Source: Eledone cirrhosa
Lineage: Eukaryota
Assembly: GCA_964016885.1 (NCBI GenBank)
Contig: OZ024742.1
Location: 91,574,001-91,638,000, forward strand
DNA: 64,000 bases
Direction of reading: 5' to 3'
Part shown: positions 52,131-64,000 of the stretch, piece after piece
How the letters are laid out: every line of letters starts with the position of its first letter
Numbering within the stretch: the first letter of the stretch is position 1
The notes under the pieces: generated by a model
The model's database searches: none
Seen by the model: the letters and a program-made list of their open reading frames with translations, nothing else
What the model was told of the DNA's origin: nothing
Made by a program: the position numbers and the translations under genes

Positions 52131-52308
52131 GAAAGACTGCGGTGACTGTTCCGGGGATCAAACAACTTGAACACTTATTGCTCAAACCGTTTTCTGGTTA
52201 TTATTTTCTAGTTAGTATATTTTTATAGTTCTTCTCATTGTGTTTGTTGCTAAAACTATTGCTGTTGTTTTTCTAGTTATTATTGTTGATGTTATTATTG
52301 TTGATGTT

Positions 52309-52499
52309 AAGGGCGGTGAATTGGCAGTATCAGTAGAGGGTTGGACGCCGTGCTTTCTAGCATAGTTACCTCCCTTTACGGTTTGAGTTCAAATCCCGTC
52401 GACGTTAACTTTGCCTTTCATCCTTACGGGGTCCATAAAATAAAGTACCAGTAATGCACTGGGTAATTTGCTGGCCTTGTGCCAACAGTAGAAACAGTT
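52309..52499 (+). mobile_element. SINE family A (deleted variant)
   Basis: Matches the consensus; flanked by TTATTGTTGATGTTA on both sides. Confidence 0.88.
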
Positions 52500-53194
52500 A
52501 TTGTTGATGTTATCGTTGTTGCTATTGTTACATCCATTTTAGCTGTTGTTAACAATTCTTCTTCTTCTTCTTCTTCTTCTTCTTCTTCTTCTTCTTCTTC
52601 TTCTTCTTCTTCTTCTTCTTCTTTATTATTATTATTATTATTATATTTTAACTACTTCAGCTACTATTGTCGTAGTTTTCACTACTGGTTAATTGTTATT
52701 GTTGTTTTTACTACATCTATTTTAGCTGTTATTGTGTATGTTAATTAATCTATTTGTGTAGTTATTGCTGTTATTGAGTTTGTAATTGCATCTATTATAT
52801 GTGTTAATGTTGTTATTATTGTTGTTGTAGTTATTATTCCATCTATTTTAGCTGTTGTTCTCTGCTTATTGCTGTTGCTGTTAGTACATCTATTTTAGCT
52901 GTCGTTAATTCATATTTTAGTTGCTATTTTTGTAGTTAATAGAACTATATTTGTTTTGTTATTGTAATTGTTTTTGTTGTCGTATGTCCATTGTTGATAT
53001 TATTGTTGACATTGCCGTTGTTGATGTTGATGTTGTTTTTGTTGTTGTCTAGTCTACACTGCATTATAAATATTCAAGTGGGGCTGAAGATTAAGGAGAC
53101 ACAAAGGAAAGCCAGTTATTATGACCTGTCTGCTTTCATTATTGGTTGTACTGGTGTTGGTGGTGTCGTTATTGTTGTTGTTATTATTGGTGTA

Positions 53195-53785
53195 GATGGT
53201 GTTGAGGGCGGGCTGGTGTAGGTGGTGGTGAAGGCGGGCTGGTGTAGGTGGTGTTGAGGGCGGGGTGGTGTAGGTGGTGTTGAGGGCGGGGTGGTGTAGG
53301 TAGTGTTGAGGCCGAGTGGTGTAGGTGGGGGTGAGGGCGGTCTGGTGAAGGTGGTGGTGAAGGCGGGCTGGTGTAGGTGGTGGTGAGGGCGGGCTGCTGT
53401 ATGTGGTGGTGAAGGCGGGCTGGTGTAGGTGGTGGTGAGGGCTGGCTGGTGTAGGTGGTGGTGAAGGCGGGCTGGTGTATGTGGTGGTGAAGGCGGGCTG
53501 GTGTAGGTGGTGGTGAGGGCGGGCTAGTGTATGTGGTGGTGAAGGCGGGCTGGTGTAGGTGGTGGTGAAGGCGGGCTGGTGTAGGTGGTGTTGAGGGCGG
53601 GGTGGTGTAGGTGGTGGTGAGGGAACATGGTGTATGTAGTGGTGAAGGCAGGCTGGTGTAGGTATGGTGGTGAGGACGAGTGGTGTAGGTGGCGGGGTGA
53701 GGGCGGTGTGGTGTAAATGGGGTGAGGGCGGTGTGGTGTATGTAGTGGTGAGGGCGGCGTGGTGTAGGTTGTGGTGAGGAGGTGT
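53195..53785 (+). repeat. G-rich 26-bp minisatellite (GGTGTAGGTGGTGGTGAAGGCGGGCT)n, ~22 copies
   Basis: Direct inspection; units diverge toward the right end. Confidence 0.92.
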
Positions 53786-54364
53786 TTAGATGGGGTGTAT
53801 GATTTAATTTTTATGTATTTTTTGTATAGTGTGTGTGTAGTGTGTATGTATATTTGTGTATATGTGTTTGTAGTGTGTATGTATGTTTTGTGTAGTGTAT
53901 TGTACATGTATTTTTAAGTGATACTTTGTGTATGTGTGTGTTTGTGTCGTGAATGTACGTGTTTTGTAAACATTGTGGGGTTTGTGTAGGGCAGTGTGCA
54001 GTATATGCGTGTGTATGTTAGTGTATGTGGGTAGTGTATGTATAGTGTGTGGATACTGGGTGTGTATGTTACATAGGAGCTAGTTTGAGTAGTATATGTG
54101 TGTAGTGTGTGGATGTTGGGGGAGTATGTTTCTTCTATCGGTGGGGTGATGAGGTGGGGCTAAATGGTGGGGGTGGTGGTGGTGGGGGGGGGGGTGCTTA
54201 TAATTCTTATCTTTTTGAATTAATATTTACGTATTTTGTGTATGGGATGTTTGTGTGTGTGTATATGTGTGTAATGTGTTGTGTGTGCGTAGTGTGTGTG
54301 TCTGCAGTGCGTGTATGAGTTCATATATGTGTGTTTGTATTGTGTATGTGTTTGTATTGTGTGA

Positions 54365-54625
<261 letters not shown>

Positions 54626-54895
54626 TTTGTCTCTTTTTCTTAATAGCGACTATATTTTTGACCAGCCACCTTATCAGTGACAAGATTTGTAAAGCGAAAG
54701 AAATTTCCTCCGTCACTTGTGCAATCGTTCATCCTCTGAATCATAAAAAAATGCTTTACATACTTAGAAGCTTCCAGATATCGTGTCCATTTGTAGCTGA
54801 TGAATTAAGGAATGGCGTTATTTCTCCAAGAATCTAAGTTCAGTCATATTCTGGTCGAGGTTTGTTTATAAATATATTTAAGATCCAATAATAAT

Positions 54896-55080
54896 TGTTT
54901 CTACGTTTAGCACAAACCCAGCAATTACCCAGTACGTTACTGGTACTTTATTTTATCGACCCCGTAAGGATGAAAGGTAAAGTTAACCTCGGCGATTTGA
55001 ACTCAGATCATAAAGGGACGTAACTCTATGCTTCAAAACATGGTGTCCGACTCTCTACCGATACTGCCAATCCACCGCCC
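54896..55080 (-). mobile_element. SINE family A with 18-bp TSD
   Basis: TTAAGATCCAATAATAAT at 54878-54895 and 55081-55098. Confidence 0.92.
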
Positions 55081-56554
55081 TTAAGATCCAATAATAATGA
55101 AACTAATCGCATAATTTAAATATTGGATATGCAAACACTCATAAAAGTCTCACTCTTGTGTCTTTTTATTATGTTAATTTCGAGTGGGCACCTGACTTCT
55201 ACAACAGAGCATGCTTTCAATCTGTGGTTCCAAGCAATATCACGCCATTTAAAAAAAATATATTTTGTAGCTGTTTTTCATTTGTCTGTCTTTCCGCACA
55301 TTGTTATATAGTCATGTGAATACTCAGTCATATAATAAATGAATACTTAAACTCTACTATTGAGTACTCATTCTCACGTCCGTCAATAACATAGGTATAT
55401 ATATATATATGAACATTTAAGCATGAATGTATATATAAATATTTATATGTGTGTGTATGTGTGTATTTACATATATATAAAAAATATACACACTAAACTT
55501 TATACATGTATATATGTACGTGTGTTTGTGTATAAATATCTATTTATATATACTAAACATTATAATTGTTTTTAATTTCTTATAGTGGAAGCATTTCCGT
55601 CAGATTTCCTTGGTTTCCTGCCAATCCATTTTTCTTTATTTTATCATACATTACCACATTCAGCTTTGACGTTGTCTGGAAGGAAGTAACTTCATCTTAC
55701 TGTGATTTTATCAATAGAATATTGCCCCCCCCCCCCCTCTCTCTCTCTCTGTTATATTAAGACACGACCGTGTTCAAGTTGCTCTTTTTATTTAATAATT
55801 ATTTGATATTTCCTTACAAGTTTTATATCTTTAGTTTCCCACAAAAGCTTTCCTTGTTACATAAATTATATCAACGTTTTGAACCCTATACTCCACTAAT
55901 ACTAAAATTCTTATTTTATCCTTAATAAAATAAAGTTGATACTTGCATACATACATATATTTCAACATAAAGTTTAGAAGAAGAGATGTATCCTATTTTA
56001 ATCAATATATGGAAAAGTTTATAAGAAAACCAAACTGCCAGAAAATGTTAGAATATAAAGTACTTATTATATAAGATTGCAATCTCCTGCTCCTGAACTG
56101 GAAGGATGTAGGTTATCGTCTTAAGATAAAGGGATAAAATGATCGTTAGCTTCATAATGGTTAAATACACACATCAATATAATTGATTTTCTTCTGTGCA
56201 TGTCCATATATATGTAGTTGTGAAAGGACTGCTGGAGTTGTGATGAAAACGCTTCTTTCTTGGCCCCTTCACAAAGCCGAATAATAGAGAGTGAGAGAGA
56301 GAGAGGGGTAGCAATCGACTCCAATTTTGTTGGTACTTCATTTATCGATCTAGATGGAATGAAAGTTAAGGTTGGCCCCGGGAAGATTTAAACTCCGAGT
56401 ACATAGAACCAGAAAGAATACCGAAGAACAGTCTGTTAACCGACACCCTAATATCTCTGCTAATTCACCGGTTATACAATTGTTGGAAGATGCTTAGTTA
56501 GATTCTAACATATTCAGTATTTTAATAGGTGTATCACTTATGAAATCGCGACGT

Positions 56555-56955
56555 GCAGCGACTCGTTCTCCGCCTCCAACCTTGTCGCTTCGGCCACAAA
56601 CCCGGGCTCCGATGCCCGCAATGCAGAGGAGAAGAAGATAGTAAATACCGGGGCCTGACCGACCTGACCCCACACTGCTTATTTCTTCCGTAAAGCTGGA
56701 AAGGCAGAGGCTCGCTTGAGGGGGTAGCCCCACGAGGTAGGAAGGCTGTTGCAGAGGGTGTCCCTGGCCATTCTCCGAGGTAACGTTTTTGCCGTTTTGT
56801 CTGCGGTGTGATGCTGAAACCCCACTATGACTTAGGTGTAGTGATTGTCCCTCATACGCTTGATCCTTCTTTCTTTTTCTCCTTTTTATTTTCGTTTTCT
56901 TCTTCCTTTTCTGTTTCCTATAGGAATGTGTTTTGCTTTTATTAGATACTGCTCT
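56555..56955 (+). mobile_element. CRE-clade 3' fragment plus UTR
   Basis: ARNAEEKKIV...HEVGRLLQRVSLAILRGNVFAVLSAV*. The UTR is homologous to 49500-49590 and 49840. Confidence 0.8.
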
Positions 56956-57875
56956 ATTCTTTTTATATAATGTCAATGGCCTTTCATGACACTGTGAGAT
57001 TTTGTCTATTGAATAAATTGCACATATAATTGAATAAAAATATTATTGAAATGCCTTTCTTTGTGTAACCAAGAGATTATTTTCAACCATGCGAGATGTA
57101 TAAGTGTTCCAATTATTTGATGAACGCCACAGTCTGCTCGCGAAAATAATGTGCAAGTGGCTGAGCATTCCTCAGAAATATGTACCTTTAACGTAGTTTT
57201 CAGTGAAATGGAACGTAACACATTATATAAGTCACAAGAACTTCTTTTTTACAAACTGAGTAAATTGGAATAACAGGAAATCAAGTCACTTGATCAAAGA
57301 GACAACTAACCCTTGGGAATCGAACTCACGATGTGAGCCGAACACCCTACCCACTATGCCACGAGCCTTCACACTATTAGATATAATTCGGAGATAATGT
57401 TTAACCATGGTTGATACTATCATTATCTTCTAGAAAATTCTACTATGGCACATTACATTGATATTGTGCTCTTTAAATATGATTAAAAGAACCATAAACA
57501 AGCATTGTTTTTATATTCCTTACAAGTTTTTTTTATAAATGTTTCATATTTTTATTCACCTTTAGTAAGATAGAAGACTAGTCTCTTCCTGATAAGTATA
57601 TACGCCGCATAGAATATTGTTTGAGTTAGCTTAATGTCCCTTTCAGTGAAGGCTCCCTTAATGATAACATCACTTCACAATGTTGATTTTTGTATGGAAT
57701 TGAGAAAATGGAAGTAAATAATGGTGTCTATTATCTTTACATCAAACATTGAAAGTTGTTTCTAGAATATATCTAATTATGTATATTTGAAAATGTTGAT
57801 ATTAATGCCAATACATACTACACTATGTAATGAAATAGAAATAGAAACGACGTGTAATATTTTGACTACATATTA

Positions 57876-58094
57876 AGGGCGGTGGATTGGCAGTATCGGT
57901 AGAGAGTCGGACACCATACTTTGCAGCATAGAGTTACGGTTCTTTACGGTCTGAGTTCAAATCCCATTGAGGTTAACTTTGCCTTTCATCCTTACGGGGT
58001 CGATAAAATAAAGCATCTGTAACGTACTGGGGTCGATTTAATCGACTTTCCCCATTCCCCCAAAATTACTGGCCTTGTGCCTATACTAGAAATC
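57876..58094 (+). mobile_element. Full-length SINE family A with 20-bp TSD
   Basis: AATATTTTGACTACATATTA at 57856-57875 and 58095-58114. Confidence 0.93.
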
Positions 58095-58255
58095 AATATT
58101 TTGACTACATATTATAGTCTAATAATGGGGCTTATAACGGGAAAAAGGGATATCAGCTCACATGGGAATGAACCCCACACATCTTCGTTATTTTTAGAAG
58201 TTACAATTTAAAAGTGATATGTAAACAAAGAATATATGTTTAGAACGCAACGAGC

Positions 58256-58479
58256 GAAAATTGAAATAGAAATAGAAGCGTCGCTGTAATATTTCCACTA
58301 CATAATATAGTCTAATAATTGGGTGTATAAACCCACTGAACGGACAAAAAGAATGGATATCAGCATTCATGGGAGTTGAACCTACAATTCTCGTTTGCAG
58401 GACGAGCACGCTACCCTTACGCCAAGATGTAGTCAGAATATTATGGCGGCGCTTCTATTTCTATTTCTATTTCAATTTC
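58256..58479. mobile_element. ~220-bp TIR element carrying a tRNA-like sequence; a second, SINE-interrupted copy lies at ~57830-58190
   Basis: Left GAAAATTGAAATAGAAATAGAAGCGTCGCTGTAATATTTCCACTACA vs right TGTAGTCAGAATATTATGGCGGCGCTTCTATTTCTATTTCTATTTCAATTTC. Internal minus-strand A-box TGGCGTAAGGG, anticodon arm CTCGT-CCTGCAA-ACGAG and B-box GGTTCAACTCC. Confidence 0.65.
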
Positions 58480-60334
58480 ACACTGCTAGAAACTGCAGGC
58501 AAAATTAAATTCAAAATTAAGTCCAAATCCTTTTAAAAAGAGAGAATAAGGTGTAATCCTCGAAAAGTTATGTCAGAAAAAAGAGAACAGAAACGTCAAT
58601 GGACGGGGTGGTAACATCTAGAATGCTTTTAGTAAAAAATATGCTCGGTTTAAAAAACAATAAAAAACAATACCAAGAATAAAACAATAATAAAACGCAT
58701 TTAACTCGAGTTTCGCACATATACAGTACAGTATAGAAATATGAATAGGCTCGCATGTTTATCAATTTTCCCTCATTACGCAATCTATTTTGCCCAAGGA
58801 AAAAGAAAACCTGGTACAGTTTGGCACAAGTGATGATGCAGCTGAACTTAGAACGCAAAGGACTGAAAGTGATACAAGACATCGCTTCGGTACTCTAGCA
58901 ATTCTGCAAATCTAACGCCTTGGCCTGGTACTTTATTTATCGGCTCCGAAATATTAAGTTGACCTCGTTGGTATTTGACATTAAAGCGCACAGCGCTAGA
59001 ACAAATACATAAATACTTTTAATCGGCTGCTCTAACGACTCTACCAATTTTCCACCTAGCGAAGAATTAACCGCAAATATAAATAGAGTGAAGATATAAA
59101 TATTGTTGTGAATCACAACGGAAATAACTCAACATTAGACGGAAAACAACAAGGAAAAGAGATGTCTGAACATTGCTTCACTGAATATACAGAAACATTT
59201 GCTGTGAGAAATATTTTATCGGTAAGACACAGGGAAATGAAGCTGTATCTTAGAAGGGATGGGCAGTTAGTCTATATTTTTGTTGTTGTCCTAAATATTG
59301 ATATCATTGTACCTGTTGTTGCTGTTATTATTTAATCCAGGTCAACCTTGATTGAGCAGATTTATTCAGAATATGATTCCAGCTAAAGCAATCTATCATA
59401 AGCTACGTTATTGAGAAGGAAGGTAAGATATAATTTAAGAGAGATTTGGCTGTTGCTGCTGTAGATGTAGTTGTAGCGATTCTAGTTGATGGTTAGAGCC
59501 AGGTCATTTTCATTGAGGCTACCCATGGTCATGGACGTTCCCAACGTAGACTGTCTTGTATTTTTTATATTTCTAGATCTTACGTTGTTCAATGTGTTCT
59601 TTCTTGTTTAAGAAGATGGGATGTAATTTTAAAGGGACATGTAGCTAACATGTTTAGCAAATCAAATGTAGGCGTAAAATCGACCACCATGGTTCATATT
59701 GTGTAACACTGTGTAATTTAGTACTATTTTACTTAGCCCCAAGTCAGCTCCGATCGAACAGATTTGTGATCAACGTCATTCTAGCTGTGTCCTATCGTCA
59801 TTTTCGCATATCTGTAATGGAATTAGTATCGCAATTGTTCGATCAACAGAACGGAATATTTATGAAATTAAATTGCAAGTGACTGAGCATTCCGTCAACA
59901 CGTGTCCCCCTAACGGAATACTTAGGTAGAATAAGCGTGCCATAGTGTGGCGAAGTTGGCCCTTTGAATTACAAGTTCAATACACCCGAAGGACTTCCGA
60001 ATAGTTTCGGCCAGCCCGATTTCATATAAAAAACCCAGGTCAGCCCAACGTTGTGGAAATAGTACTTGTCAAAGACACCAGACAATGAGATAGAACCCGG
60101 ATATTCATATCATCTTTGCATATCTGATTATAGTGTATACTTCCTTTTTAACAGATTGTGGCGTGATTTGGAGAAAATATGGCTGAACGACAGTATATTT
60201 TAGGAAAACAACAGTTTGCCACAGTACTCCTACATGTATGAAGTGTGTTATGTTAAAAAAATGTAAGGTCGCGAGTTTTATTACCGGCGGTGCGTTGTGT
60301 CAAAACCTTAAGACACCTTTCCTACTATATAAGT

Positions 60335-60620
60335 GGAGGCGCGTGGCCTAGTGTTATGGGTGTTGAACTTATGACCATAATGTGGTGGGTTCGATTCCTG
60401 GACTAGGTTGTGTATTGTGTTCTACAGCAAAACCCTTCATTTCACGTCGCTCCTATATACTCAACTGAACATGATTACCAGTGATAGCTGGAGGTTTAAA
60501 CCTGCGATGGAGTAGCCTCTTGTCCAGGCGGACTGTTGTACTTCCAGTCGCTGCATTCCACTGAAACCGAGATAATCACCGGCATGATGAACATCTGCGC
60601 TCGGCACAGACTTTAGACTT
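60335..60620 (+). mobile_element. tRNA-derived SINE, family C
   Basis: GGAGGCGCGTGGCCTAGTG...GGGTTCGATTCC. Confidence 0.7.
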
Positions 60621-60811
60621 ACTATATCAAGCATGGTTAAACATTATCTCAAGATTACATTTAACAGTGAGGATGTTTGATTAACCATTCATTATAAGGT
60701 AATATGTTCGATTTCTGGCGACACGTTGAGTACTTTCGGCGGGCAAAAATTAGTTGTATTGCAATTAAAACGGCCTAGCTACTTTATATCACGCTAAATC
60801 TTCCCGATAAA

Positions 60812-61002
60812 TACGAGGGTCAGCTGAAAAATTCAAACGCTGACTATGCGGGGCTGATGCTAGCGCTGTGAAATCCTGTATATATTAATATCAACTCTTA
60901 TTATTATTAACTTCAATATTTCTTTTGAGGGACTATGTGAAAGATGAACCTCATTCAGTTATGCCATAAGAGTATCTTGGTCAGCCTATGAACTTTTCAG
61001 TC
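60812..61002 (+). mobile_element. Tc1/mariner-type MITE (third copy)
   Basis: TACGAGGGTCAGCTGAAAAATTCA...TCAGCCTATGAACTTTTCAG. Confidence 0.75.
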
Positions 61003-61298
61003 TATCAAATGTTTAGCCGACATATTGTACGTTAAAATTGGACGTATTTGTGAAATGCTCAGCCACTTGTATGTAATTTTTTAAAGCATGTTTCGTTTTC
61101 GGAAACGACGCATATTCAGAGACTCACAAGACATCCTCCAAGCATTGTGGCTCTTATGATTAAATGTGTTTTCGTGATCGGGAGGTTAGACCTTAACATG
61201 TGTAAAATTTCGACTGTGGACGCAAAGTACCGAACCAGATGCCGAGAGGCACCACGTTCAACGCTATAACAATTACTCCATTCTATGGAATGGACTGT

Positions 61299-61334
<36 letters not shown>

Positions 61335-61367
61335 ATATATATTCTTCTTCTTCTTCTTCTTCTTCTT

Positions 61368-61405
<38 letters not shown>

Positions 61406-61753
61406 TCGTAGGGACAGAGTCCTCAAACACTCCTTTCAGCGGGTCGAGTCAGTTTTGGTAGTATTATTTGCGCCAGTTGCCAATCAGGTAAATTCTCAAA
61501 CCCAAGAAATGTAGCCCATTCCAGAGGCTGCTTTAACTCGCCTCGTTTTAACTACATCACTGAGTTGTGAGAGTTTTCCTGGGAGCTACATGTGTCACCC
61601 TTGTTTCACTTCCCCTAGTAGTTTACCGCTGTTGTTTCGGGGTAGCTTATTCATTCGTCCTGCAGCTTCCCGCTTATATAGCAACTAATCATCATATCTG
61701 GTGGCCGTATCGCTATCCTCCACCTGCGACACGTTCTCCAGCAGAACATCAAG

Positions 61754-61791
<38 letters not shown>

Positions 61792-61793
<2 letters not shown>

Positions 61794-61809
61794 CAGATCA
61801 ATTGTACCT

Positions 61810-61847
<38 letters not shown>

Positions 61848-61865
61848 AGGTACAATTGACCTGTA
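61792..61865. repeat. Inverted repeat centred on (TA)n
   Basis: TACAGATCAATTGTACCTTATG-(TA)n-CATAAGGTACAATTGACCTGTA. Confidence 0.9.
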
Positions 61866-62091
61866 CTTTATATTAAACGGCACTCTAATGATTCTGGCAA
61901 ATTGTCACCAATGTAGGATGGTAGAACCGAGCATATCTCATGATATTCTAATACAAGTATAAATTCGTATTCGTTAAAAAAGTGAGGGTGTACATTACTG
62001 ACGTAAGCAGGACACATGTTCTGTGAACACATGTTTTTAAACCATCGCAATAATACGGAGGCCTCCTTAACCCATGCTAGCGTGAAAGATA

Positions 62092-62134
<43 letters not shown>

Positions 62135-62293
62135 CACATAAGTTCATATAGGTATGCATTCAATTAGAAGTATTTGAGAAACGCGATACACCAGCCTCCA
62201 CTAAACACGCTTTTCACACACTAACTTTCCAACACACTGATATGCACACATGCAAATGCAAACAAAAATCTTTAGACAAAACTTGACATACAT

Positions 62294-62294
62294 A

Positions 62295-62329
<35 letters not shown>

Positions 62330-62359
62330 AACCACCACCACCACCACCATCACCACCAG

Positions 62360-62425
<66 letters not shown>

Positions 62426-62452
62426 AACCACCACCACCACCATCACCACCAG

Positions 62453-62503
<51 letters not shown>
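62294..62503 (+). repeat. Compound (ACT)n/(ACC)n microsatellite with a higher-order duplication
   Basis: Two (ACT)n-ACA-(ACC)n-ATC-ACC-ACC-AGC blocks followed by a third ACT run. Confidence 0.92.
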
Positions 62504-64000
62504 CGAATCATGTAATAATACTGTTTTTTAATTGGTACACCATTTTTTTGACCTCAAGAAAAGTGAAATGCAAAGATATCTTCGGGTGTCTGTAGACAAG
62601 ACATTTTGTCCGATGCACTTAGAATTCTGTCAACCATAGTACCTGACTGGGACCTTATTTTACCGACCCCGGAAGAATGAAAAATAAAATTGACTGCGTT
62701 GGTATTTGAAGACGGAACGTGAAGAGCCGAAAGACATAGTGTAAATGATGTCATCAATCACCTTAATATAGGATTCTAATGTTGATACAATGCTAGCAAT
62801 TTTGTAGAAGGTTGGCAAGTAAGCCCTATGAACGAACCATAAGTATTCAAGATTACCCAAATTTTAAAGGCAAGATCCCACTACAACCTGTGTCCTTCGG
62901 TCGACAAGTGAATGCTGACAGTACGACATTTCACGAGAGCTCTTCTCAGCAAATGGGGTGAAAACAACTTCCTCTTTACACTTACCTTCATTTTTTGTGG
63001 AATGAGAAGAATTTGGTAATAGCCTGGCTGTATAAGAACGTGTATGATTTCAGTCTTTTGAATTTGATCAACAAATATTTGTCATGGGAATCAGAGGAGA
63101 AAATTGCCTGCCCTTCCTCACTAAAAGAAGTAAGCAGTAAAATTCTCACGGTGGACTCGGTTCTTTACTGGATCTGACCTACATACGATAACAGTTTATC
63201 GGTATACTACCAAAAGACAGTAATGCTCGGATACTAAAGAAATGCTTGCAGAAAGGAAACGTCAATGACCTCGGTATAACCGCCAAGATAGATTTTGAAG
63301 GAAATTGTCCACAGCGGTGGCGCTGAATATACTCCCAAATATAAGCTATTCGCTTGATCACACTTGCATACCTGGAACCTAATTAGTAGAATGCTGTGAG
63401 AATGGACATCCCTCTAAATGTCAAGTGCCCAAACTTGGTTTTCTCTCTACTCCGGACTGCTGCTCTGTCGTACTGAGAAATTATAAGAAAATATGCCTCA
63501 CAGACGTCATCTCACCACATGCCAGCATATTAACAAATGCGGCATATAGACACACCAACACAGAGTGTTTATGTGTCTATATGCTGCTGATTGATCTTCT
63601 TTCTGACTGGTGAAACGCATCCTTTCGACAAGATAAAACAGCAAACATGCTAAAGTGGTCACATGAAAAGTGAGGTACATCACGACAGTCAGGTGGAAAT
63701 GAATTTAGGAGGCGATGTATGCATTCACTCCACTTTCTCCGCCGCGTAGTGGGGATAGCTTTCTCTCAATCTTGTATATATATATATATATAGTAGACTG
63801 CCCCATTTTTGGTCAGTAACAGCCCAGTTCAGACGTGTTTCTACTGCTATATTGTTTTCTTTTATCTATCTACCATCATCATACCAACAGAAATTGTCAT
63901 TATTTTATAGCTATTTTCGTGTTTGAGATTCCTACAATCCCAGGAAACTTATTACTCACCTATCGCTCCACATTATTTGGATTGGCAGTATTGGTAGAGG

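Noticed and set aside
53195-53785. Telomeric repeat
   Set aside because: The unit is 26 bp with no TTAGGG array.
58362-58428. Functional tRNA-Ala(TGC) gene
   Set aside because: Lacks U33, has poor acceptor and T stems, and is embedded in a repeat; treated as tRNA-derived.

Overview
AT-rich, repeat-dense eukaryotic DNA with many (TA)n/(CA)n microsatellites. The SINE families and microsatellite load suggest an octopus or other coleoid cephalopod (inference). The only clear host coding sequence is a giant minus-strand exon. Its ORF runs from ATG 4251 off the left edge (at least 1417 codons), is S/N/Q-rich and ends in an AT-hook, RRPRGRPRK. The supplied ORF track missed it because there is no stop inside the window. 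A candidate first exon/promoter lies near 18.4 kb. The rest is transposon debris: five CRE-clade (RT plus RLE) fragments, RTE fragments, a Tx1/L1 fragment, Penelope-like elements (RT N-terminus and GIY-YIG), Tc1/mariner MITEs, a 6-bp-TSD MITE and many tRNA-derived SINEs. The main hidden signal is a set of about ten type I hammerhead-ribozyme (HHR) motifs from several unrelated sequence families. Most sit next to (TA)n tracts, and several lie inside fold-back inversions typical of Penelope pseudo-LTRs. They include an intact canonical HHR (48449..48395), an HHR with a ~95-nt branched stem II (45676-45798), and a U3-A8 compensatory-core variant inside a 440-bp palindrome just upstream of the giant exon's splice acceptor. 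All structures were folded by eye; no database search was run.
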